Notes: generated by a model from the sequence alone, not told the origin. A DNA stretch of 64,000 nt from an uncultured Clostridia bacterium (GCA_944381185.1 CALWKE010000002.1:130050-194049); one strand, 5' to 3'; positions 39,181 to 47,786 are shown, counted from the stretch's first letter. Program-made: numbers and translations.

Positions 39181-39858
39181 GTGATTACTCCTGATTACAT
39201 TGAATGGTCAAAGCGAAAAACACTTTCACTTTCAGTTATGAAAGACGGCAATGTTGTTGTTAAAGCACCAATTGGTATGCGAAATGAAACAATCAATCAT
39301 TTTGTTGAAGAAAAACAAGCTTGGATTCGTGATAAACTATTTTTAATAAATAAAACAAAAGTTAAGTTTGATGATGTTGTTCATTATCAAAGATTTTTGC
39401 TTTATGGCAATAAATATAGTTTGATTTTAGATAATGTTAAAAAGATTGAAACAAATGATAAATTTCAAATCATTATGCCACAAAAGATTGATAGAGAAAA
39501 AATTTTAAAAACACTTAAAAATTGGTATAAAAAAATAGCAAAACAAATTTTAGAAGATAGACTTAAATTTATTGAAAGCAGAATTAAGTTAAAGTCATCT
39601 TTGTTGAGAATTAGTGACAGCAAGGGCAGGTGGGGGTCTTGCAACTCAAAAGGTGTTATAACTTTTAATTTCAGAGTTATCATGCTTCCGCCAGCAATAA
39701 TTGATTATGTTATTATCCATGAACTTTGTCATTTAGTTGAAATGAATCACAGCAAAAACTTTTGGAAACTTGTTGAAACATTTTTGCCCAAAGCACCCGA
39801 ACTTAAAATGGCAATAAAAGAGTATGGCTTTCTTTTGTCGCTATTTAATAATATGTAA
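39181..39858 (+). CDS. YgjP-like (DUF45/M48-related) metal-dependent hydrolase
   Basis: HELCHLVEMNHSKNFW motif. GTG start with a GGAGGTGG SD. Confidence 0.75.
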   Translation: MITPDYIEWSKRKTLSLSVMKDGNVVVKAPIGMRNETINHFVEEKQAWIRDKLFLINKTKVKFDDVVHYQRFLLYGNKYSLILDNVKKIETNDKFQIIMPQKIDREKILKTLKNWYKKIAKQILEDRLKFIESRIKLKSSLLRISDSKGRWGSCNSKGVITFNFRVIMLPPAIIDYVIIHELCHLVEMNHSKNFWKLVETFLPKAPELKMAIKEYGFLLSLFNNM

Positions 39859-39861
39859 AAA

Positions 39862-39892
39862 AAGATAGCAAAAATAAGCTATCTTTTTTTTA
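39862..39892. terminator. bidirectional intrinsic terminator
   Basis: Stem AAGATAGC/GCTATCTT flanked by A- and T-runs. Confidence 0.8.
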
Positions 39893-39908
39893 TTTAGTTT
39901 TATATGTA

Positions 39909-40409
39909 TTAATCATCAAATTCAATTCTACCCGTAAGTTCCCCATAATTTTCAAGACCTGAAAAATTTTGTTTTCGCATTGCTTCATATGCAATAATTG
40001 CAACTGAATTGCTTAAATTTAAACTTCTTGCTTGTTTTGCCATAGGAATACGGATACATTTATCATAATTATTTTTTAAAATGGTTTCGCTCAAGCCATA
40101 ACTTTCTTTTCCAAAAACAATAAAACAACCGTCAGGGTAGGGAACTTCAGAATAAATTTTTTTAGATTTTGTGCTTGCATAATAAAACACAGCATTTTTG
40201 TTTGCTTCTTGAATTTCTTTTAGTGAGTCAACCACCGAAACATTTGCAAAATCTTTGTAGTCCATTTCTGCTCGTTTGAAATGCTTGTCGTCCATAATAA
40301 AACCAAGTGGCTTAACCATAAAAAGTTTAGCACCAATAGCTGCACAAGTTCTAACAATATTGCCAGCATTTTGAGGAATTTCTGGCTCAACTAAAACAAT
40401 ATTAATCAT
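39909..40409 (-). CDS. trmL: tRNA (cytidine/uridine-34 2-prime-O)-methyltransferase TrmL (SpoU family)
   Basis: PQNAGNIVRTC, VFGKESYGL, IPM..ARSLNLSNSVAI. 166 aa. Confidence 0.85.
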   Translation of the reverse strand: MINIVLVEPEIPQNAGNIVRTCAAIGAKLFMVKPLGFIMDDKHFKRAEMDYKDFANVSVVDSLKEIQEANKNAVFYYASTKSKKIYSEVPYPDGCFIVFGKESYGLSETILKNNYDKCIRIPMAKQARSLNLSNSVAIIAYEAMRKQNFSGLENYGELTGRIEFDD

Positions 40410-40542
40410 ATTTTCTCCAATTAACTTTGAATATTATATTGAAAATTTATTCCAATGTCAAATTAATTAAAAGTTTTTTTTATATAACTATTGAAATGGC
40501 TTAAAATGTGTGTTATAATGTAACAGTTAGGAGGGTAAAATA

Positions 40543-41433
40543 TTGATAAAGAACGCATTTACCGATATTTTGTTATATTGGGGAAGATATTCTGATAATA
40601 TGAAATTGCAAAGACTTCAAGACCTTGAAAATATGGTTGCAAGAATTTATAACAGAACACCAAGACGAGTTAAATTTGGAAATTCACCTGAATTAGATAA
40701 AGCGGTTGGTGAATATAGGTCGCCGGGTGCTTATTATTCAAGAAATGATCCTAATAATATTCATATATTAGATATAGATCTAGACCCAATAGAGATAATT
40801 AAATTAGTTGTTCATGAAGGTTATCACGCATTAATTCATGATTTTCTATCAAAAAAAGCCACATTAAAAACCTTTTCTGAAGTTGATAGAGAAAAATTTT
40901 TAATGGAAGAAGAGAATTTAATTGCAATTGCAAAATATTTTGATGATAGAATGCAAATGCCATTGTTTGATTCATTTTTTGCAGAAGAAAGATTGAATCA
41001 TTTAGAAAATTCAATTTTTATATCTAAACAAATAATTGATTCAATTAAAAATCCATTTGAAGCAGAAATGATGTCACTATACTTCATCTTATCTTTAAAT
41101 ATTGCTGCAAGCAATGAATATAGGGGCAAACAATTTGAAATGGAATACGGAATCAAATATGATAATGCTGTTGTTAATGCTTTAAATGAGAACCCTGATG
41201 AAGTAAAACATGATTATAGTAAATGCGGAAAAATAAGAAGCAACATTGACCCAGAATATTTAAAATTTTATAAAAAAGTTTATTCTATCTATAACGACTA
41301 TTACATCACTAGAGAAAATAGTTTAATTAATGAAAATGATAAAAATAAAATATTAAGCAATTCAGTAGACTTAATCATAAGAGAATATTTTGAATATATA
41401 ATAAAACTTTTAAAAAGCAAAAAGAAAATTTAA
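40543..41433 (+). CDS. hypothetical protein with HExxH motif (putative zinc metallopeptidase)
   Basis: VVHEGYHALIHD. TTG start with an AGGAGG SD 8 nt upstream. No family recognised. Confidence 0.45.
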   Translation: MIKNAFTDILLYWGRYSDNMKLQRLQDLENMVARIYNRTPRRVKFGNSPELDKAVGEYRSPGAYYSRNDPNNIHILDIDLDPIEIIKLVVHEGYHALIHDFLSKKATLKTFSEVDREKFLMEEENLIAIAKYFDDRMQMPLFDSFFAEERLNHLENSIFISKQIIDSIKNPFEAEMMSLYFILSLNIAASNEYRGKQFEMEYGIKYDNAVVNALNENPDEVKHDYSKCGKIRSNIDPEYLKFYKKVYSIYNDYYITRENSLINENDKNKILSNSVDLIIREYFEYIIKLLKSKKKI

Positions 41434-41438
41434 AAAAA

Positions 41439-41467
41439 GGCAACACATTTAGGTGTTGCTTTTTTTA
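41439..41467. terminator. bidirectional intrinsic terminator
   Basis: Stem GGCAACAC/GTGTTGC(T) flanked by A- and T-runs. Confidence 0.8.
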
Positions 41468-41474
41468 TTAAAAT

Positions 41475-41696
41475 TCATATAAGTTCAAAGCGATATTCTT
41501 GCTTTGCGGTAGGGTACTTTTGTTTGTCAACTTTTTCTTTAAACATTTCAAGTGGGCGAGCGAAGAGTTCGCCATTTCCATAAAGTGCTCTGTAGATAAC
41601 CAATGTTTCACCGGTTTCAGAGTGTTTTGCAAAGTCAACAACCAAGTAATATTTACCTCTAAAATGTTTATATATTCTATTTTTTAAAACTTCCAT
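41475..41696 (-). CDS. DUF1653 domain protein
   Basis: [32 protein letters not shown]...ARPLEMF matches the DUF1653 pattern as remembered. The internal ATG at 41696 is preferred because a promoter lies within the longer ORF. Confidence 0.7.
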   Translation of the reverse strand: MEVLKNRIYKHFRGKYYLVVDFAKHSETGETLVIYRALYGNGELFARPLEMFKEKVDKQKYPTAKQEYRFELI

Positions 41697-41732
41697 AAAA
41701 TCACCAATATTAATAATAATTTTTACAAATTG

Positions 41733-41762
41733 ATTATAATATTTAATTTTTAATAAGGTCAA
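41733..41762 (-). promoter_or_regulatory. promoter for the DUF1653 gene
   Basis: On the minus strand: TTGACC, 18 nt, TATAAT. Confidence 0.5.
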
Positions 41763-41906
41763 CAAAATATTTTGTTAAAAAATAAAAAGTGAGATTGAGT
41801 TAGTGGGGAATAATAATCAAGAATGCTGAAATTTACAGATTTACAGCTTATTTTTGCTTCGTTTGTCATTAAGTTTTTCAACATAGATGTTAACAACCTT
41901 TTTGTA

Positions 41907-41940
41907 ATCTATTCGCAAAACACAGCTTTTGCGAATAGAT
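41907..41940. repeat. perfect 14-6-14 inverted repeat, candidate tyrosine-recombinase core site
   Basis: ATCTATTCGCAAAA CACAGC TTTTGCGAATAGAT. No flanking T-run, so not a terminator. TAGGGGT occurs twice immediately downstream (41940, 41954). Confidence 0.6.
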
Positions 41941-41984
41941 AGGGGTATTTGAGTAGGGGTTTTGCACATTTATTAACATTACAA

Positions 41985-42021
41985 ATTTAATTATAAATTA
42001 AGACTGGATTTAATTATAAAT
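41985..42021 (+). repeat. 14-nt direct repeat ATTTAATTATAAAT x2 (period 23 nt)
   Basis: Exact copies at 41985..41998 and 42008..42021. Confidence 0.6.
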
Positions 42022-42580
42022 ATGATGTGAATTAAAATTTTCAAATTTTTAATTTATGCTATATCATTTTTTATTGTTTGACTTTATGTATTATGAATTG
42101 TATAGCATTTGATAATTTTCATATTTAGGTGTGCTATGTTTGTCATAGTATATAATTTGGTGTTGATATTGGTTTATTTTTTGTGACGCTCTGTGAGAAC
42201 TTACATATAATCTTTTAATTCAATTTCTAGCAGATTTGTCAAGATTTTCAGTGTAGTTTTATGTGTTGCACTGTGAGAAATCGTTTGGTGAAATGAATTT
42301 TGTAGTCTATCAAATTGCAATCAAAAGATCTTAACTTGTTTGGTAATTTTTAATCGTAAGCAACTTGTCAAGTCATTATATTTATCTAATCATTAAAATT
42401 ATTATTAAAGTTATGTAATATAATTTTAAATTAATGAAATGATATTTGTGTAAAATTTATCACTCCCCCAATTTTTATAGTTATAGTTGTGTGACATAGC
42501 ACTAAACCATATTAATATTATCATTATTTTAAAAATTTTTGTAAAAGTGCCCAAAAATATTATTTATTATTTTTTTGTTG

Positions 42581-42589
42581 TGTTATAAT
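42581..42589 (+). promoter_or_regulatory. extended -10 promoter element for 42619..43158
   Basis: TGtTATAAT about 30 nt upstream of the start codon. Confidence 0.45.
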
Positions 42590-42618
42590 TTACTTGTAAT
42601 ATTGTTATGAGGTGTTTT

Positions 42619-43158
42619 ATGAATATTTTTAATTTTTTAGGTGCTAATGGTTTGATGATAGGATTTTTTGTTTTTGATATTATTTTAATATTATGTGCCA
42701 TTGGAATTTCTATTTGGTTTTATGTTAAGTATTTAAAACAGAATAAAAATAAAATTCAAAAAGAGCAAAATAAAAATATTGAAAAAATTGATGATGATAC
42801 TTATATTATTGAAACAAATGAAGATTTTGATGAAGAGCAATCAGATGTTGTTCAAGAACAAAAAACAAATAGAGTTGAACATTTTGTTTCTCAAATAGCA
42901 GAAATTAATGAACCATCAACTGAAGAACTTAAAGCTAAAACGGTTGTAAAAAATAAAGAAGTTGAAATGCCAAAGAAAAAGACAGTTAAAAAAGAAGAGA
43001 TAGAAAATTTTGTGGTTGTTGATGGTATTAAGAAAAATAAAACTAATGCAGAAAAAACAAAATCTGTCAATCATGGTGCAAATGCATTTAAAAATTCAAC
43101 AAACTTTTTAGATAATATTAAAAAAGAACAAGTTCAAACTGATAAAAACAAAAAATAA
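42619..43158 (+). CDS. small Lys/Glu-rich membrane-anchored protein, hypothetical
   Basis: One N-terminal TM helix (GLMIGFFVFDIILILCAIGISIWFYV) followed by a charged tail. GAGGTG SD precedes the second ATG (42619). Confidence 0.55.
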   Translation: MNIFNFLGANGLMIGFFVFDIILILCAIGISIWFYVKYLKQNKNKIQKEQNKNIEKIDDDTYIIETNEDFDEEQSDVVQEQKTNRVEHFVSQIAEINEPSTEELKAKTVVKNKEVEMPKKKTVKKEEIENFVVVDGIKKNKTNAEKTKSVNHGANAFKNSTNFLDNIKKEQVQTDKNKK

Positions 43159-43186
43159 AGAGATGAAATTTCATCTCTTTTTTATT
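43157..43186. terminator. bidirectional intrinsic terminator
   Basis: Perfect palindrome AAAGAGATGAAA/TTTCATCTCTTT followed by a T-run. Confidence 0.8.
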
Positions 43187-43206
43187 GTCTTTTATTTTAG
43201 TATTTC

Positions 43207-43995
43207 TTATAGATATTTAATATTAATTTGGTTAACAAATTTTGTCATATCAAGAGAATTGTTTTTATACTTAATTTTATATTCTCTAGTTAAAAATTCC
43301 CTCTTAACTTTAAATTTCAAATATTTAGTTTTATTGAGTTGAACAAGAAGTTCAAAGCAAGATGATTTTTCAAGATTTTTTATTGAAACTTTAACGATAG
43401 TTTTACAATTTTTTATAAAGTAATCCATAAATTTTTGAATTAAAGAGTCGACTTCTGTGTCAGTTACCAAAATGACAATGCTATTTCTGGCAAAGGTGCA
43501 AGTTGGAAGTTCATCTTCATTAAAAACTCTATTTTTTAACATTTTTAAGCAAGTTTTTGCTGATTTTAATGAATGTTTACTTGGCATCATAGATTTAATA
43601 AATGATGAAAATTCTGTTAATGATGACTGATTTTTGTCGGTATCAATTTGTTCGTTAAATTCATTACAAAAATCTGGAATATTATGCAAGTGTTTAAGTT
43701 TAAAATTAATTTTACGTCCATAATATTTAAGTTTATTTTCAAGTGTTTTTATTTCTTTATTAATTTTTTTTATTTTTTCAAGTTCGCCTAAAACATTCTT
43801 GTTTTGTTTTTTTAGACTCGACATTTTTGAACAAAGTTTATTTGAAGTTGCTCTTAAATTTTCATATTCAAGTTGAAATTCTTTTCTTTTATTTTCTAAA
43901 TTAATAATAGAGTTTAAATTTACATTTAAACCCATTAGTTTATAAATTTTACTAAATTCCTCATGATATTTTATTAATTGGTCGAGTGCTATCAT
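43207..43995 (-). CDS. seryl-tRNA-synthetase-derived protein lacking the catalytic core (pseudoenzyme or decaying paralog)
   Basis: 262 aa. Residues 1-105 align with the SerRS N-terminal coiled-coil arm up to LHNIPD. The C-terminal end echoes the SerRS C-terminus. The motif 2/3 core is absent. AAGGAG SD present. Confidence 0.5.
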   Translation of the reverse strand: MIALDQLIKYHEEFSKIYKLMGLNVNLNSIINLENKRKEFQLEYENLRATSNKLCSKMSSLKKQNKNVLGELEKIKKINKEIKTLENKLKYYGRKINFKLKHLHNIPDFCNEFNEQIDTDKNQSSLTEFSSFIKSMMPSKHSLKSAKTCLKMLKNRVFNEDELPTCTFARNSIVILVTDTEVDSLIQKFMDYFIKNCKTIVKVSIKNLEKSSCFELLVQLNKTKYLKFKVKREFLTREYKIKYKNNSLDMTKFVNQINIKYL

Positions 43996-44057
43996 AGCTA
44001 TCTCCTTTTTATATTAAATCTAGTTTATTATAATAAAATCTATTTGTCAAACAATAT

Positions 44058-44071
44058 AACTATTCGCAAAA
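44058..44071 (+). repeat. third copy of the recombinase-site arm (AACTATTCGCAAAA)
   Basis: 13 of 14 identical to the arms at 41907..41940. It abuts or overlaps the -35 of the recombinase promoter. Confidence 0.55.
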
Positions 44072-44074
44072 TAT

Positions 44075-44103
44075 TTGACTTGAATTATAAATTATCTTAA
44101 AAT
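44075..44103 (+). promoter_or_regulatory. recombinase promoter, probable leaderless mRNA
   Basis: TTGACT, 17 nt, TAAAAT, 6 nt, ATG 44110. No SD. Confidence 0.6.
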
Positions 44104-44109
44104 TAAAAT

Positions 44110-45156
44110 ATGAAAAATCAAACTTATTATAATGAACAAAAAATAAAAAATACCGAAAAGTTAAGAAATGTTTTGAAAGACTTGCCAGATTTTGCTCTTG
44201 ATTTTTTTACTGGAATTGAAAATAACACAAGCAGTTTAACAAGACTTAATTATGCCTATGACTTAAGGCTATTTTTTAATTGGGCTGTGAATGAAACAAA
44301 TCTTTTTCACGGAAAAAGTGTTTTTGATCTTGAAGTTAAGGATTTGGAAAAGTTTCACACAACACATTTTGAAAGATATATGAGTTATCTTACCTCTTAC
44401 ACCGACGAAAATGGCGATATAATAACAAATGGCGAGCGTGGAAAGGCTCGAAAAATTGCGTCTGTTCGTTCATTTTTTAAATATTTTTTTAAGCGTGAAA
44501 TGATTTCTGTTGATGTTGCAAGCAAAATTGATATGCCAAAACTTCATGACAAGCCAATAATCAGACTTGAAGATGATGAAGTTTCAAAGTTTTTAAACAC
44601 AGTTGATTCAGGTTATGGACTATCAGGACATGAAAAAGGTTTTCATAAGCACACAAAAATTCGTGATGTGGCAATAATGACACTTCTGCTTGGCACAGGG
44701 CTTCGTGTGTCGGAATGCGTTGGATTAAACATAACTGATATTGACTTTAAAACAAATGCTATTAGTGTTACTAGAAAAGGTGGAAATCAAGTTATTTTAT
44801 ATTTTTCAGATGAAGTCAAAGTTGCACTTTTTGATTGGATTGAAGAGCGTTCAAAAAATCCCGAACTTATTAACGAACCAGCACTTTTTACTTCACTTCA
44901 AAATAAGCGAATTTCGACAAGGGCTGTTGAAAAACTTGTTAAAAAATATGCGGGAATTGTTACACCATTAAAGCATATTACCCCACACAAACTTCGAAGC
45001 ACTTATGGCACAAGGCTTTATCATGCCACACAAGATATTTATGTTGTTGCCGATGTTTTGGGTCATAAAGATGTAAATACAACAAAAAAGCACTATGCTG
45101 CAATTTCAGAAGATATTCGAAAGTCTGCATCAAAAGCGGTTTCGTTAAGAAATTAA
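44110..45156 (+). CDS. tyrosine recombinase, XerS-like (Xer/integrase family)
   Basis: Catalytic R (TGLRVSE), HxxR (PHKLRST), H (LGHKD), Y (KKHYA). VTRKGG and the N-terminal layout resemble streptococcal XerS as remembered. 348 aa. Confidence 0.85.
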   Translation: MKNQTYYNEQKIKNTEKLRNVLKDLPDFALDFFTGIENNTSSLTRLNYAYDLRLFFNWAVNETNLFHGKSVFDLEVKDLEKFHTTHFERYMSYLTSYTDENGDIITNGERGKARKIASVRSFFKYFFKREMISVDVASKIDMPKLHDKPIIRLEDDEVSKFLNTVDSGYGLSGHEKGFHKHTKIRDVAIMTLLLGTGLRVSECVGLNITDIDFKTNAISVTRKGGNQVILYFSDEVKVALFDWIEERSKNPELINEPALFTSLQNKRISTRAVEKLVKKYAGIVTPLKHITPHKLRSTYGTRLYHATQDIYVVADVLGHKDVNTTKKHYAAISEDIRKSASKAVSLRN

Positions 45157-45161
45157 AAAAA

Positions 45162-45188
45162 GACAAGTTAATTTAACTTGCCTTTTTT
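45162..45188. terminator. bidirectional terminator overlapping the GNAT 3-prime end
   Basis: Stem CAAGTTAA/TTAACTTG flanked by A- and T-runs. Confidence 0.65.
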
Positions 45189-45659
45189 ATTGTTATTGAA
45201 TTTCTCAAGTTTAAAGTGCCCATCCTCATAAATTAGTTCATTATTTTTGTGTTTATATCCAAATTTTTTGTAAAAAGGAATTGCAAGCATAGATGCAGGA
45301 ATTTCAATTCGGTTTGCCCTTATATAATATTCATCATTTTCAAGAGTATTCATTATTAGAGTTCCAATTCCCTGATGCTGATAGTCAGGGTCAACAAAAA
45401 TATTAAAAAGTGAGCTTTCTGTTTTGCTATCACAATAAGGTCCAATTGCTCCACAACCAATGATTTTATCATTATTTTTAACTACATAAAAATGAGTGAA
45501 TTCAGCTCTTTTTTTTATACCTTCATAATTTAAACTTTCAATAACATATTTAATTGATATATCAGGATAATAAGGAGGAAAACTAATTTTAACTGTTTTT
45601 TCAATTAATTTTTGAACTGAAGAAATGTCATTTTCTTTTAATAATTCAATATTGAACAT
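45168..45659 (-). CDS. GNAT family N-acetyltransferase
   Basis: Motif A VDPDYQHQGIGTLIM. 163 aa. Confidence 0.85.
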   Translation of the reverse strand: MFNIELLKENDISSVQKLIEKTVKISFPPYYPDISIKYVIESLNYEGIKKRAEFTHFYVVKNNDKIIGCGAIGPYCDSKTESSLFNIFVDPDYQHQGIGTLIMNTLENDEYYIRANRIEIPASMLAIPFYKKFGYKHKNNELIYEDGHFKLEKFNNNKKGKLN

Positions 45660-45805
45660 AGTTATCCTTAAAAATATTTTAATATTATAATAAATTATTA
45701 TAATTACTATAAATAATATTTATAATTATTCAGGTTGTCTTAAATTTGTGCCAGTACTTGCAAATTACGATTATAAATAAAATTTATAATAACTATAATA
45801 ATTTT

Positions 45806-46330
45806 TTATTGTGGTTGACTCTCAAGTTTTGTGCTTAAGAGTTCTTTTTCTTCATCATTTAATCTTCGAAGCATCATTGCAATCTTTTTGTTTGCATAGT
45901 TGTGTCTTTCATTTTCAGCATGAACATCTTTTAAACTTTCACCAAATTCTTTGATTCTTCGCATTTTCATGCCATGTTTTTTTGCTTCGGTAGATTTTTT
46001 TTCAACAAGTGAATTTCTAGCATTATCAAAAAATATTGTTAAATCTGTTGAAAAAGAAGGGTTGTCTTTAAAATTTTCAAAAATGAATTTTCTATATTTC
46101 TTTTCAATTCCAAGATGTAAGTTAGTAATTTCTTGTTCGCCTTTAAAAATTTGACATTCAAAATCACTCAAAGCAACCATTGTTCCATTTGAAAGTATCA
46201 AAATATAATTTTCATCTTTGCTTAATGTTGAATGCTCTAAATCTTCAGCAGAAACTTCAATTTTATTTTTGTTTAAAAATTCAATTAATTTATCTCTATC
46301 AATTTTATCAATATACTTAATTTTACTCAT
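45806..46330 (-). CDS. hypothetical protein, last gene of the alaS-proS transcription unit
   Basis: 174 aa, no recognisable motif. Starts 12 nt after the proS stop with an AAAGGAAAA SD. Confidence 0.5.
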   Translation of the reverse strand: MSKIKYIDKIDRDKLIEFLNKNKIEVSAEDLEHSTLSKDENYILILSNGTMVALSDFECQIFKGEQEITNLHLGIEKKYRKFIFENFKDNPSFSTDLTIFFDNARNSLVEKKSTEAKKHGMKMRRIKEFGESLKDVHAENERHNYANKKIAMMLRRLNDEEKELLSTKLESQPQ

Positions 46331-46342
46331 AGTTTTTCCTTT

Positions 46343-47773
46343 TTAATATTGGATACCCCATAAAACCAGATGTTTTGCTTCTTTTCCGCAAGCAACACAT
46401 TTGCCCGTTAGGCATTTTTCATTTTCTAAAATACATCTTGATTTTGTTCCACGAATTTCTTTGATTTTTGCTTCACATTCAGGATTTCCGCACCAATCGG
46501 CTTTAATAAAGCCCGGAGTGCTATTCATAATTTTAGCAAATTCATCAAGAGTTTTTGCTTCATAAGTCATGTTGTCACGGCGACTTTTTGCTCTTTCAAA
46601 TAAGTTATTTTGAATTTCATTCATAAGTTTGTTAACTTCTAAAGCAATATCACTATCTTTTGAAATTTGAAGTTTTTCTTTTGTGTCACGACGAGCAAGA
46701 GTAATCATTCCATTTTCAAGGTCACGCTTGCCAATTTCAATTCTAACAGGAACACCCAAAACTTCACTTTCAGCAAATTTAAATCCCGGAGTTGTGTTTG
46801 GATTGTTGTCTAGTTCAACTGAAATATTTGCCTTTTTAAGTTCATCATAGTATCTATTTGCAAGTGACATAATTTCTTCATTATCTTGACCAATAGGAAT
46901 AATTCTAACTTGCACAGGTGCAATTTTTGGTGGAAGAACAAGTCCGTCATCATCGCTGTGAACCATTATTAGTGCGCCAATCATTCGACTGCTTACGCCC
47001 CAAGAAGTTTGATAGGCATAAGTGTAACCATTTTCACGATTTAAAAATTTTATATCATAAGCCTTGCTAAATTTTTGACCAAAATAGTGGCTTGTGCCTG
47101 ATTGAAGTGAAACACCGTTATACATAAGAGCTTCAATGGTCAGTGAATACTCTGCACCTGCAAATTTTTCTTTTTCAGTTTTTTTGCCTGCAACAACAGG
47201 AATTGCAAGATAATCTTCAAAGAAAGTTTTATAGGTGTTAAGCATATCCCTAGTTTCTTTTTCGGCTTCTTCTTGAGTTTCATGAACGGTGTGACCTTCT
47301 TGCCACCAAAATTCACGACTTCTTAAAAATGGGCGTGTTTCTTTTTCCCACCTCATAACAGAGCACCATTGATTATATTTAAGTGGTAAATCACGATATG
47401 ATTTAACAATGCCAGAATAGTAGTCAGAAAAGAGAGTTTCACTTGTTGGTCTGATACACATTCTCTCTTCAAGAGTTTTGCTTCCACCCATTGTTACCCA
47501 AGCAACTTCAGGTGCAAAGCCTGCAATAAGTTCCCCTTCTTTTTTCATTAAATTTTCAGGTATAAGCATTGGCATTGCAACATTTTTATGCCCACTTTCT
47601 TTAAACATTTTATCAAGTGTGCTCTGCATCTTTTCCCAAATTGCATATCCGTTTGGCTCTAAAATAATGCAACCTTTTACATTTGAGTAAGATGACAAAT
47701 GTGCAGCATTTACAACATCAGTATACCATTTTGCAAAATCTACATCTCTGCTAGTTATTTTTTTATTAGCCAT
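46343..47773 (-). CDS. proS: proline--tRNA ligase, archaeal/eukaryotic-like type without INS editing domain
   Basis: 476 aa. Starts ...DFAKWYTDVV, has class II motifs and a C-terminal Cys cluster, and ends in Tyr. Confidence 0.93.
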   Translation of the reverse strand: MANKKITSRDVDFAKWYTDVVNAAHLSSYSNVKGCIILEPNGYAIWEKMQSTLDKMFKESGHKNVAMPMLIPENLMKKEGELIAGFAPEVAWVTMGGSKTLEERMCIRPTSETLFSDYYSGIVKSYRDLPLKYNQWCSVMRWEKETRPFLRSREFWWQEGHTVHETQEEAEKETRDMLNTYKTFFEDYLAIPVVAGKKTEKEKFAGAEYSLTIEALMYNGVSLQSGTSHYFGQKFSKAYDIKFLNRENGYTYAYQTSWGVSSRMIGALIMVHSDDDGLVLPPKIAPVQVRIIPIGQDNEEIMSLANRYYDELKKANISVELDNNPNTTPGFKFAESEVLGVPVRIEIGKRDLENGMITLARRDTKEKLQISKDSDIALEVNKLMNEIQNNLFERAKSRRDNMTYEAKTLDEFAKIMNSTPGFIKADWCGNPECEAKIKEIRGTKSRCILENEKCLTGKCVACGKEAKHLVLWGIQY

Positions 47774-47786
47774 TATTTCTCCTTAA

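Noticed and set aside
42408-42420. TTATGTAA resembling the XerD arm of canonical dif
   Set aside because: Only 8 of 11 positions match, and there is no convincing XerC arm or 6-bp centre next to it. Such AT-rich octamers are expected by chance here.
43157-43186. Near-identical terminators at 43157 and 62192 (AAAGAGATGAA...TTCATCTCTTT) as a possible dispersed repeat or mobile element
   Set aside because: A third terminator (13748) also uses AAAGAGAT/ATCTCTTT arms. This looks like a favoured A/G-then-T/C stem composition between A- and T-runs. The identity does not extend beyond the hairpin.
40410-46330. Prophage, integrative element or defence island around the recombinase
   Set aside because: There are no phage structural, replication, restriction, toxin or transposase genes. 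The flanking genes are housekeeping (trmL, proS). Only the recombinase, its putative sites and a few orphan ORFs are unusual, so a classical mobile element is not supported.
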